Assembly (NCBI GenBank): GCA_045587325.1
Contig: JAZNBY010000181.1
Location: 3,265 to 67,264 of the forward strand
DNA: 64,000 nucleotides
Direction of reading: 5' to 3'
DNA from: Lachnospiraceae bacterium
GTDB taxonomy: Bacteria; Bacillota; Clostridia; Lachnospirales; Lachnospiraceae
Both the position numbers and the translations under genes were made by a program. The number at the start of each line of letters is the position of its first letter. Positions within the stretch are counted from its first letter, which is position 1. This document shows positions 8,084 to 16,696 of the stretch, one piece after another. The notes under the pieces were generated by a model that worked only from the letters and a program-made list of their open reading frames with translations, was not told the origin of the DNA and ran no database searches.

Positions 8084-10747
8084 TTGAAAAAGGCTAAAGT
8101 TGCTCTGGTTGGACTTGTTGTGTTGCTTATGCTGGCATGTGGAAGTAAGGTGTTTACCGCATCGGCGGGACCGGATTTTGCATCAATGAGCAAGAGGGAT
8201 TTCATTCTCTTTATGATGGACCGTCCGAATTATAACGAATACTCGATGTATTTCCCTGATGCGGGGTTTCAAGCAAAGCATGAATGGTTTACTCATGCGC
8301 AAGGTTTGAACGGTGTAAATAAGCTTGATTCGACATATCCATGGGAAGCCATTAGTGACAGGGAATATGAGTATATTGTAAAACAAAAGAAAATGGTTGA
8401 CTTTGGAAGGGCCGGAGATTCGTTCCAAGCCAGAGCTGACAGATACAATAGAGAACATGGGGTATACGAGGCATGGGCTGAGCAGATGGAAATATCTGCG
8501 AACAGAAAAATGTGGGCGCAGTCTCAGCTTGTCGGCAATCCAAATTCGCATGGTATGCTAACACAGAAGGACGAAACCATTTATGAGCGTCAGGAGGGTG
8601 GAGTAACTGTAGAAGGTATTGACCTTGGTGCAGGAAGCTACAATATGGATGAGCCGAGTGGCGTTACGAAGGTTATTATGGAGTTCCTTTGTTGGCTTAT
8701 TTTCTTTTTAGCAGATGGGATTGATAGTATTCTTTCTAATGGTGGCATTGCGCTTGACAATGTTATTTTCGGCAGAGTGGCCGGATATGGTGTACTTCCG
8801 GCTGGGGAGACGGAGTATATTACGCTTTTCGGATTTGAACTTAATAATGGAAATCCGTATGGTTATGTAGGGGCGATGCTGTTCCAGAAGATTCGTTCTT
8901 ATATATACTTATTTATGGCGGTATATTGCCTGTATAAGATGGTTAGAATTGCCGCAAGTACGGATTATATGAAGATGAAGATGGATTTTTCAACATTCCT
9001 CCAGAATGCGTTATTGTCATTTTCATTTATCGTTTTAATGCCATATATTTTTGATGTTTACCTATATGTACGAGATGTGTTGCTTAAATCGGTAACATTT
9101 GGTTCGCTTCAAGATTTATTTGGTACTACCGGATTTTTGGCAAGTTTCCGGGCGGCAGCAGAGAGTTCATCGTTGAATATTATTCCGAATTTAATCTACC
9201 TTGGAGCAGTCGTGCTTTCTCTTGTAGTTGCGGGAATTTATATTGCGTATGCAATGTCTATGATGGTACATTTTATTCTTTTCCCGTTTGTATGCCTTCG
9301 TGGTATCGGTGATAGAAACGCATATAAAGAGTGGGCAACAGAGACTTTGGGATTAACCATTATGCCTTTGATTGACGGTATACTTCTTATCATACCGTTG
9401 ACTTTCTCTGATATGGCGAATGGTAATTTGGCGTTTAACCTTCTTTCTTTGGTATCCTGTGGCATGCTTCTTACGGCTCGTAAGCAGGCAAGGCGGTCTT
9501 TAGGCATTAAGGACACTGGCCTAGATATGGGTGCAATGGCTACTGTGATGGGATTAGGCGCAATGGTGAAGGGTATTGGAAGAACCATTGGCAAGGTCGG
9601 AAAGAAGATGGGAGAAGCCCGTGAATCCAATAAGGCGGCTCAGGAAGATGATAATATGGCCGACTTTTATGAGAACGAGGCAAAAGCAGGGCGTGTTGAA
9701 GCTCCTCGTTCCGGTGGAAGTAAGGCAACGCCGGAACCGGGCGTGTCACCTGGCGGTTTTGGTATGGATAACTTAAAACAGCACGCCAATATTGATAATT
9801 TTGAAAATGGACCGTTCAAGGGCAATCTTGATAATGAGACCATGGCGAATCTCTATAGAGAGCGTGCGAAGAAGAGAAGAATGACCTCCACAAAGCAGAC
9901 ATTAGGTGCTATGGCTACTGCGGCGGGCGGTGTCGGAGGACTGGCTGCTGGTTTTGGAGCTGGTGCATTTATGGGTAGTGGTGCACGGATGTATTTGGCA
10001 GGAGCCGGCATGGAGGCGGGGTCTGCCATAGGTGGAACAGTAGGAGAGTATGCGAGCGGCAAGATAATAGATTGGATGAATACGGATAGTGGTGCTGCTG
10101 GCGTAAGTGCCGACGGGGGCGCTGCTGCTGATGCATCGGGACCTATTGATGGAGGTGAGGTGATTGTCCCGGCTTCTGATGGAGCATCTACGGGCTCTGG
10201 TGGAGTTGTTGGAGTTGATATGGTAAATGCTGATGGCAGAAGAGCGCGAGAAGAAGAGTTTGAAAAACTCCATGGTGAGGAGTACCGTGCATGTGCGGCG
10301 GAGGCTGCTCAGAAAATGGATGTAGCGACTCTTAGTGGCGATGAAAGATATACAGATATGGTTGCCCAGGTGAAACTAAGATATGAACAGATAAAGTCGA
10401 ACGCACAAAGTGGTAATTTTAGTCCGGAAGTGGTGTTCAGTGACTTTAACGGGTTGCATAAAGATTTTAGAGGTAAGAAAGAGGATTTCTTCCATGAAGC
10501 AACGATTGAGGTTGGCAACAGTATGTTGGGTAAGGATAGCTTTAATATGGATTGCCAGACCGATAGAGATTTGATAGGACGGAAGGTTAGGGAATTGACC
10601 AGAAGCGGTGGCAAACTTACTCAGGATGGCGCCTATATGACAAATAGCTTTGATAAAAAATTCGATGTTACCTGGTATAAGTGGGAACAGGAACTTCGGA
10701 GTGAATTTGAGAAGCAGGGCTATTATTACGATGGTGGGAAAAAATAG
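8084..10747 (+). CDS. Polytopic membrane protein, TcpH/ConG/VirB6-like channel component with Gly/Ala-rich and soluble C-terminal regions
   Basis: TTG start with RBS AAGGGGGAAG. Signal-like VALVGLVVLLMLACGS. Multiple hydrophobic helices in the central third. 887 aa, directly after VirB4 as in Tcp/Tn916-class loci. Confidence 0.65.
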   Translation: MKKAKVALVGLVVLLMLACGSKVFTASAGPDFASMSKRDFILFMMDRPNYNEYSMYFPDAGFQAKHEWFTHAQGLNGVNKLDSTYPWEAISDREYEYIVKQKKMVDFGRAGDSFQARADRYNREHGVYEAWAEQMEISANRKMWAQSQLVGNPNSHGMLTQKDETIYERQEGGVTVEGIDLGAGSYNMDEPSGVTKVIMEFLCWLIFFLADGIDSILSNGGIALDNVIFGRVAGYGVLPAGETEYITLFGFELNNGNPYGYVGAMLFQKIRSYIYLFMAVYCLYKMVRIAASTDYMKMKMDFSTFLQNALLSFSFIVLMPYIFDVYLYVRDVLLKSVTFGSLQDLFGTTGFLASFRAAAESSSLNIIPNLIYLGAVVLSLVVAGIYIAYAMSMMVHFILFPFVCLRGIGDRNAYKEWATETLGLTIMPLIDGILLIIPLTFSDMANGNLAFNLLSLVSCGMLLTARKQARRSLGIKDTGLDMGAMATVMGLGAMVKGIGRTIGKVGKKMGEARESNKAAQEDDNMADFYENEAKAGRVEAPRSGGSKATPEPGVSPGGFGMDNLKQHANIDNFENGPFKGNLDNETMANLYRERAKKRRMTSTKQTLGAMATAAGGVGGLAAGFGAGAFMGSGARMYLAGAGMEAGSAIGGTVGEYASGKIIDWMNTDSGAAGVSADGGAAADASGPIDGGEVIVPASDGASTGSGGVVGVDMVNADGRRAREEEFEKLHGEEYRACAAEAAQKMDVATLSGDERYTDMVAQVKLRYEQIKSNAQSGNFSPEVVFSDFNGLHKDFRGKKEDFFHEATIEVGNSMLGKDSFNMDCQTDRDLIGRKVRELTRSGGKLTQDGAYMTNSFDKKFDVTWYKWEQELRSEFEKQGYYYDGGKK

Positions 10748-10757
10748 GTATTTTCAG

Positions 10758-10785
10758 AAAAGATGCGTGCGCGCATCTTTTCTTC
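10758..10785 (+). terminator. Rho-independent terminator after TcpH-like gene
   Basis: AAAAGATGCG TGCG CGCATCTTTT, 10-bp stem followed by a T-rich tract. Confidence 0.7.
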
Positions 10786-10814
10786 TTGACAATTTTATGT
10801 GTGATATGTATAAT
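10786..10814 (+). promoter_or_regulatory. Consensus sigma-70-type promoter
   Basis: TTGACA (10786..10791), 17-nt spacer, TATAAT (10809..10814). Confidence 0.75.
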
Positions 10815-10821
10815 AAAACCA

Positions 10822-10845
10822 AAAATATGCGTGTACGCATATTTT
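10822..10845 (+). promoter_or_regulatory. Perfect palindrome/5'-terminal hairpin abutting the RBS
   Basis: AAAATATGCG TGTA CGCATATTTT lies between the -10 box and AAGGAGG (10846..10852). Operator or leader stem-loop. Confidence 0.55.
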
Positions 10846-10860
10846 AAGGAGGTGAGACGG

Positions 10861-12801
10861 TTGACTAAGAAGAGAATTGTGAATGATATTTTGAAACTTC
10901 GTGCATCTATTGCGGAGAAAAGGAAAGACGCAGCAGAGCTATGGAAAATCCGAGATAGGCTTATGGGTGAGGAGAGTATTTTTTGTGCAAACACCTTTGC
11001 GTATCATGTTATGCCGGTAAAGTACATGGATACTGTGTTTTCCGAATATGAGGAGGAGTTACGGGAACAGACGGAATGGATATCTGACAGAAGATTTGGC
11101 AGAGATGCGTGGACTAAGTTTTGGGAAGAAGAGGACAGAGCAAAAGAAAGATTAAGAAAACGGGCCATGGATGAGGGGTATGTGGTCCCGGATGAGGTTT
11201 TGACAAGAAGATGTCGTGGCGAGGAGGTCTATGGTGAGCTTCCGATAGCACGGCATTGCAGAGCAGTGCTTCATTGCGACAGGATTTTTAAAACGACAGA
11301 CGGGAAATGGGCGCTTAAACTGTCCGATCCGTATGGTTCATTCGTAAGTCAACCGTTTGATATCACGATGGATGAGGCGCGGACATATATTAAAAAGATG
11401 ATATGTGTGGATTTGTATTCGGAGTTTTTGGAGGAGTTTGATGTAATGGATATGGCCTCCAGTTTGCATAAAGCACTTGAGAGTGGTGATAGGAGAAGAC
11501 CTCTTTTTAAAAGGGATATGCCTATTATGAGGGAGTATGAAAAGCGTGTGTATCGTGAACTTCGGATATCAGAGGTTAAGATACTTCCGTATACACTTAA
11601 TATGAAGATTGGTAAGGAGAGGATAGGACTTTCTCCTTTATTAAAGTATGTAAAATCCTTCGAGGGTGCAGACACGGAAAAGAAAGTAATTGCGGCTCTG
11701 GATGCTATTGAAAAGTATGTGGCTAAGAGTGATGAGTGTACCTTTAATTGCCGTTTTTCACCGACGGATTATAGAATCATATTAAAGAACCGGACCTTGT
11801 ATCAGTTCTTTTGGTGTAATGATATGTTTTGTTTTTCAAAGGAGAAGGATGCAAGATTCCCGACGGAGAGAGAAACGAGACCGGCATTTGGAGATGATAT
11901 TTTACTTGAAAAGGCGTATAGGTTTATGTTTCGTGATTATGCTGAGGTTTTCTTTCAGATAAAAATTCAGGAATTTGATGAGACATATACGAGATGGCTT
12001 GTTGGTAATAATCCGGAGAAGTTAATAAAATCATGGACTGAGTATGAACCGTTGGAATCGGGGAGACAATTCCGAAGAAAGCGCAAGTCTGAGCTGAAGG
12101 AGATTCGTGAAAAGGCTATTAAAGACGATGAGCGCATGCGGCAGCGGTATTGTGACCGATGGGAGTATACGAAAGCAGCAACATTACTGCATGAGTTCAA
12201 AGACATTTACAATGAAGAGTACAATATGAGCTGCGTTCTTTGTGAGCATCCGGAGTATTACGAAAAGTGGAGAGGGACTATTTTTGACCAAAAGGGTGCC
12301 AGTGTGGTATACCATAGTCTCCTTTTTGATGAAGAAAGTAGGAGAGATGAAAAAGACTATGTAAAGAAGACTGGACGGCAGTTGATATGGCATGAATACC
12401 ATCTAAGAAATGGTGCGAAATCACCGTTTGAGGATTTAGAGGTGTTTGATATTGAATCTCTCTGTCGTAAATCACAGTATGACCTCGATGCCGATATTTG
12501 CATAAAGTATGTCGGGTACTGTGATAGCGCATCTATGATTGACGGGGAAGCGACGGTTCATTTAATCGATCCGTCCGGGGATGTATATTTCCGTGGGGTT
12601 GATATTACTGCCGAACAGCTGCAAGAGGCAATCGGTTCCATGTGTGCTATATCGTGCCTGTATAACTATTATGAAGAGGGGCGGTACCGTATGTTGGAGT
12701 TTGAGATACTTCCTTTTTCTTTAAGTGAGAGGACCGGTGAGTATCCGGATGACATTATTCGGATAAAGAAGAATCTGGTAGTAAGGGGGCGTCAGCTATG
12801 A
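10861..12801 (+). CDS. Hypothetical protein, 646 aa, with three copies of a C-D..L.DP.G..F.I(T/S) module
   Basis: TTG start 8 nt after AAGGAGG. Internal repeats HCDRIFKTTDGKWALKLSDPYGSFVSQPFDITMDEA and GYCDSASMIDGEATVHLIDPSGDVYFRGVDITAEQ. No family recognised. Confidence 0.65.
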   Translation: MTKKRIVNDILKLRASIAEKRKDAAELWKIRDRLMGEESIFCANTFAYHVMPVKYMDTVFSEYEEELREQTEWISDRRFGRDAWTKFWEEEDRAKERLRKRAMDEGYVVPDEVLTRRCRGEEVYGELPIARHCRAVLHCDRIFKTTDGKWALKLSDPYGSFVSQPFDITMDEARTYIKKMICVDLYSEFLEEFDVMDMASSLHKALESGDRRRPLFKRDMPIMREYEKRVYRELRISEVKILPYTLNMKIGKERIGLSPLLKYVKSFEGADTEKKVIAALDAIEKYVAKSDECTFNCRFSPTDYRIILKNRTLYQFFWCNDMFCFSKEKDARFPTERETRPAFGDDILLEKAYRFMFRDYAEVFFQIKIQEFDETYTRWLVGNNPEKLIKSWTEYEPLESGRQFRRKRKSELKEIREKAIKDDERMRQRYCDRWEYTKAATLLHEFKDIYNEEYNMSCVLCEHPEYYEKWRGTIFDQKGASVVYHSLLFDEESRRDEKDYVKKTGRQLIWHEYHLRNGAKSPFEDLEVFDIESLCRKSQYDLDADICIKYVGYCDSASMIDGEATVHLIDPSGDVYFRGVDITAEQLQEAIGSMCAISCLYNYYEEGRYRMLEFEILPFSLSERTGEYPDDIIRIKKNLVVRGRQL

Positions 12802-12992
12802 CAAATTTGAAGCGCATACGGAAAGAGAAAGGGTTTACTCAGCGTATGTTGGCAACGGAGCTTGGTGTGAATCAGACAACATTATCCAGGTATGAAAGCG
12901 GGGCGTTGGATATTAATAAGGCGGAAGCCATCGTGGTATATAATATGTCACGGGCACTTGGATGCACAATAGAAGATATATTGGAAGTATAG
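12798..12992 (+). CDS. XRE/Cro-type helix-turn-helix regulator, 64 aa
   Basis: IRKEKGFTQRMLATELGVNQTTLSRYESG is a classic HTH_3 pattern. ATGA overlap with the upstream gene. Confidence 0.85.
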   Translation: MTNLKRIRKEKGFTQRMLATELGVNQTTLSRYESGALDINKAEAIVVYNMSRALGCTIEDILEV

Positions 12993-13009
12993 ACGGGAGG
13001 TAATAAGAT

Positions 13010-13576
13010 ATGACAGAAGAAGAGGCAAGAGTAAGAGCGGATATAGCAGTGGAGCGTTTAGAGACGATTCGGCGGTATGCTGGAGTAAATGAGCGGATAG
13101 ATGCATATAAATTGCAGAAAGGGATTCTTCCGCATCTTATTATTCATGGTGGAGAGTATGCGACACTGTTCCTTCACCCGGAATATGAAACCAAGTGGAA
13201 GGGAACATTCTATGATAAAGAGCGTATGTTTCTTTCTACCACATTAAAGGACATGCATAGCTTATCTAAATATCACTATTTTGAGGAGTTGGGTAAGAGA
13301 CGACCGTATACTTTTAGTATTATTGGTTATTGCGACAGCGCTTCGGGGTGTGAGGAAGGGATACGGATTCATTTGATGGATCCGTACGGCGAGGTGGCTT
13401 TACCACCGTTTGCTATATCAACGGATATGATAATGTGTTATGTAGGCAAGATGCTTATGGTGAAGCTTGATTTCACACCGAATGGGGTTACTCCGAAGGA
13501 GGTCGCTACGCTGCCGTTTACTCTTACGGAGAAGATAGAAGAAGGACATCCGCTGTTTGAAACATTAACTGAATAG
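13010..13576 (+). CDS. Hypothetical protein, 188 aa, paralogue of the C-terminal third of 10861..12801
   Basis: HPEYETKWKGTFYDK and IIGYCDSASGCEEGIRIHLMDPYGEVALPPFAISTD align with HPEYYEKWRGTIFDQ and YVGYCDSASMIDGEATVHLIDPSGDVYFRGVDITAE. Confidence 0.7.
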   Translation: MTEEEARVRADIAVERLETIRRYAGVNERIDAYKLQKGILPHLIIHGGEYATLFLHPEYETKWKGTFYDKERMFLSTTLKDMHSLSKYHYFEELGKRRPYTFSIIGYCDSASGCEEGIRIHLMDPYGEVALPPFAISTDMIMCYVGKMLMVKLDFTPNGVTPKEVATLPFTLTEKIEEGHPLFETLTE

Positions 13577-13597
13577 TTATGGAGAAGGAGGAAAGCC

Positions 13598-14707
13598 ATG
13601 GATTTAGGTTCGGGAGGCGGCAAAAAGAAAAGTAAGTTTATGATAGGAATCATAGCTGGCGCAGTTGGTTCAGTGCTTATGATGGCTATTATTCCGGCCG
13701 CTATAACAAGTGGAGTAACAGCAGTGGCGGATTTCGTATCTGATGTTGGAGAGAAGATAGGTGATTTCTTTACGCCGAATGATTTGTTGGAGGAATTGGG
13801 TGATGAGACCTCGATAACGGAAAAAGACTTGGAGGGGTGGATGATTACCCGTAATTCCATGTGCTATTTGCTTGTTGAGGCGGAAGCATTTAATAATAGA
13901 GAGCCAAGAACAAAAACCTTTAACATAGAAGGTAGGAAGTGGTGGGATGAGATTGTTCCTTTGCCTACGGCGACACCAAGTCCGACGCAAGCACCGGCAG
14001 AAGGGGAAACCACTACTCAGACTCCTACTGTTACATCAGCACCGGAGCCGACTACAGCACCGGAGCCGACTGCTACACCGGAGCCACAATATACTATTGT
14101 ACATCACGATGAGAAGGAGACCACCGGAGTGGTGATAACGGAGGATAGGGAGCTGATAGACCGCTATAAAGTAAGCTGGCAACTTGCATATATGCTTCTC
14201 GTTTACAAGTACATGGATACTTATGAAACGCAGGATTTGATATTCGATATTCCTACTGCGGAAATTGACATGCTTTTGGATGAACTGGAGCCGTATATCG
14301 TGTATGAGTTTGATCCTATTGCATATTGGCCATTAAAGACAACGCTGACGGATAGTGATGTGGCGGCACACCCGCATAAGTATGTGTACTATCAGGAGAC
14401 AGTCCAAAACAGTAATATTGTAAATGGAATCATTAATCATGAGCGTCGTATTCCTCGGATGATAGTAGACGAAGTGTTGCTTCCTTATGGAAAAGATGTA
14501 TATGAGTATGTGTATGTTCCGGTAGGGAACGGTATATTCGAGGAGAGGCTTACTTATCGTCGTGAATATGACAAAGAGAAGTTTCTTAGAATTATTGAGC
14601 CATACCTTGGAGAACGAGAAGTGGATGCGTTTCTGGCTGCTTTTGAGTTGATGCCGGAGGTGGAGGAACTGTATCTGGAACTTGAGATGGTGCTTGAAAT
14701 GGAGTGA
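13598..14707 (+). CDS. N-terminally membrane-anchored protein with Pro/Thr-rich linker (TcpC/VirB8-position, speculative)
   Basis: RBS GGAGAAGGAGG. TM FMIGIIAGAVGSVLMMAIIPAAI. Linker PTATPSPTQAPAEGETTTQTPTVTSAPEPTTAPEPTATPEPQ. 369 aa, similar in size and topology to TcpC-class proteins. Confidence 0.5.
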   Translation: MDLGSGGGKKKSKFMIGIIAGAVGSVLMMAIIPAAITSGVTAVADFVSDVGEKIGDFFTPNDLLEELGDETSITEKDLEGWMITRNSMCYLLVEAEAFNNREPRTKTFNIEGRKWWDEIVPLPTATPSPTQAPAEGETTTQTPTVTSAPEPTTAPEPTATPEPQYTIVHHDEKETTGVVITEDRELIDRYKVSWQLAYMLLVYKYMDTYETQDLIFDIPTAEIDMLLDELEPYIVYEFDPIAYWPLKTTLTDSDVAAHPHKYVYYQETVQNSNIVNGIINHERRIPRMIVDEVLLPYGKDVYEYVYVPVGNGIFEERLTYRREYDKEKFLRIIEPYLGEREVDAFLAAFELMPEVEELYLELEMVLEME

Positions 14708-14711
14708 TAGT

Positions 14712-15881
14712 GTGAAGAAAGATGATGTAATGCCGGGAGGCAAGTATTTTCCTATATTTTGGTTTGAAGTTTTTGGTGTAGTGTTACTTATAGCTATTGT
14801 CATGTTGATTGTGACTCGTTTGCGGGAACCGAAAACTCCGGGAGAAGTTTTGTATCCGCAAGGAACCACACCGGGAGTTATTGTACCGGGGGAAAATGGC
14901 GGTGAAAGCGCCGGCAAAGAGCCGAAACCGACAAAGCTTCCAGAGAATCGTACCGATACAGAAAACCTGCAGAGAGAGATTTTGGACCTGTATTTCAGCG
15001 CAGATACATATTATGGGATGAAGTATCGAGGCAAAAGCCTGACTGCAGAAGGGTTTGCCGATGCTTTCTTTGACGGAACCGGTAGTAGAATATCGGCCAG
15101 TGAGGTGAAAATAGGAGACTATGCAGAGGGTGACGGTATATCGGGTATTTGCGTAGGATTTTACGGTCAGTACCCTGTATTTGCTTATATGGAGGAGTAT
15201 AGGGCAAACGGGAAAAATACAAACGGAATGTGCCTTGGATATTCCAGGGAGCTGAACGATTCTCTTTTCTTTGGAATGTATCCGAGAACATTTACAGAGT
15301 ATTATTCCGTGTATGATACTGCTGCCGAGGAAGATGTATTTCCTTCTTATTATGTAAAACTGGAGAGTGTGCCGTGGTATGTGACGGAAGCCTATGAGTA
15401 TGGAAGGGGAATGTCTGCGCTTGATATTGATTATCTGGTAGACAACATGCTGCACGAGAAGCTTGAGGCAAGGAATTTGAAGCTCCACAGAGAAAAGTTT
15501 ACGGATTATCTTACCAAATTACCGTATCTCCAAGGATTTGAAGGAGAGTACGATGTGATGGTGCGTGGTGTGATAGAGAAGGATACTTATACGGAGGTGA
15601 CGATTGCTTTTGTACCGCATAATAAGTTGCGGATCACGCCGATGGGAGAGTGGAAGCTGACCTTCTTCCCGAAGTACGATAAGTTTTTACCGTGTGGAAT
15701 CGATATTTACGGCAATTCCGAGGTTGGATTTGTAAGGAATGAGGAAATCAAGATTACCACAGACGAGTCCGGGAATGTCACCGTGGAGCGTGAGGAAATC
15801 ATTTACGGCCAGACGGTAGACGAGAACGGAAAGAGAATATACCGGCTGGATGATGGAACGGTAATATATTTGGACCCGTGA
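14712..15881 (+). CDS. N-terminally membrane-anchored protein, 389 aa
   Basis: GTG start 7 nt after GGAG. TM YFPIFWFEVFGVVLLIAIVMLIV. No hydrolase motif recognised. Confidence 0.55.
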   Translation: MKKDDVMPGGKYFPIFWFEVFGVVLLIAIVMLIVTRLREPKTPGEVLYPQGTTPGVIVPGENGGESAGKEPKPTKLPENRTDTENLQREILDLYFSADTYYGMKYRGKSLTAEGFADAFFDGTGSRISASEVKIGDYAEGDGISGICVGFYGQYPVFAYMEEYRANGKNTNGMCLGYSRELNDSLFFGMYPRTFTEYYSVYDTAAEEDVFPSYYVKLESVPWYVTEAYEYGRGMSALDIDYLVDNMLHEKLEARNLKLHREKFTDYLTKLPYLQGFEGEYDVMVRGVIEKDTYTEVTIAFVPHNKLRITPMGEWKLTFFPKYDKFLPCGIDIYGNSEVGFVRNEEIKITTDESGNVTVEREEIIYGQTVDENGKRIYRLDDGTVIYLDP

Positions 15882-15922
15882 TTACGAGAACAATGAAATG
15901 TATTTGAATTAAGGAGGGTGTT

Positions 15923-16258
15923 ATGAAGGTATTGAAACAAATGTCATGGGATGATAAGTGGAGTCAATATATAATGGGGGAAGCGTATGGCGGAATGCGA
16001 CTTGAGATGTTATCTCCGGAAAGATTCGGTATTATATTTGTTATGCAGCAGTTGAGAGACGGGATGACTGTGTATGAGGCCTTCTTAAAAGGCGTTGAAG
16101 CTGTAGCCGGAAGAGAATCAATTAAGAAGAGTGTGGTGAAGTTGATTGCCAAGGCTGAAAAGCAAAAAGAAAAAAATGCGGAAAAGTGTATCACCGATGA
16201 GGAGTTGGATGATTATATTAGGGCGCTTAGGCAAGGACTGGGAGAAAGTATTTCTTAA
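15923..16258 (+). CDS. Hypothetical protein, 111 aa (last gene of transfer operon)
   Basis: RBS AAGGAGGG. Followed by a terminator. Confidence 0.6.
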   Translation: MKVLKQMSWDDKWSQYIMGEAYGGMRLEMLSPERFGIIFVMQQLRDGMTVYEAFLKGVEAVAGRESIKKSVVKLIAKAEKQKEKNAEKCITDEELDDYIRALRQGLGESIS

Positions 16259-16288
16259 ATAGGAGAAGGTAGATATGAAAAATGGTGA

Positions 16289-16319
16289 GCATCGGACGGA
16301 GCGCCGGTGCTTTTCTTTT
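16289..16319 (+). terminator. Rho-independent terminator of the transfer operon
   Basis: GCATCGG (8-nt loop) CCGGTGC, then TTTTCTTTT. Confidence 0.65.
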
Positions 16320-16535
16320 ACCCATTTTAGCGTACTTTCACCCAAAAACCTCGTCAAATAGAGTGAAAAAGGGCGGGAAAAGGTATTTGTCGGCAATATT
16401 GAACAGGGAAATCATGTGAGAATGGGAGAAAATGGGCGGTATTTTGAACTTAACCCAAAAACCTCGCACTTTTACCCAAATTACACATACAATGCCGCTG
16501 CCACCCAAAATACCCATCAAAGGAAAAACACCCGC
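16317..16535 (+). repeat. Cluster of seven ACCCA(A/T)-core direct repeats, including two 14-nt ACCCAAAAACCTCG copies
   Basis: ACCCAAAAACCTCG at 16340 and 16453 (preceded by C and A respectively). Shorter copies at 16319, 16474, 16503, 16512 and 16529. Non-coding. Confidence 0.6.
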
Positions 16536-16696
16536 CACTTGCGTAGCAGGTGCCTTTCCTGGCTTAAACAATAGTATATGTAATAAGCGAAAGAAAAAAA
16601 TGAATTAAGAAATCGTGTAGAAGTATACCATAGAAGCTAAATAAATGCAATAGGATGTGTGAAAAATGGAAATTCAATATTATCTGTGCGAAAACA

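Noticed and set aside
13975-14095. Tandem DNA repeat GCACCGGAGCCGAC-type in the 13598 gene
   Set aside because: It is in-frame coding repetition of a Pro/Thr/Glu linker (APEPTT/APEPTA/TPEPQ), typical of extracytoplasmic spacers. It is not an independent non-coding repeat, though its copy number could vary between isolates.
14712-15881. NlpC/P60-type cell-wall hydrolase assignment based on ISGICVGF
   Set aside because: It resembles the DCSGF catalytic-Cys context only superficially. There is no downstream His motif, so the protein is left as hypothetical.
16275-16361. 28-aa ORF with a good RBS-like sequence (TAGGAGAAGG) after the transfer operon
   Set aside because: It runs straight through the rho-independent terminator at 16289..16319 and into the repeat region. 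It is probably not translated as a functional product. A leader peptide cannot be fully excluded.
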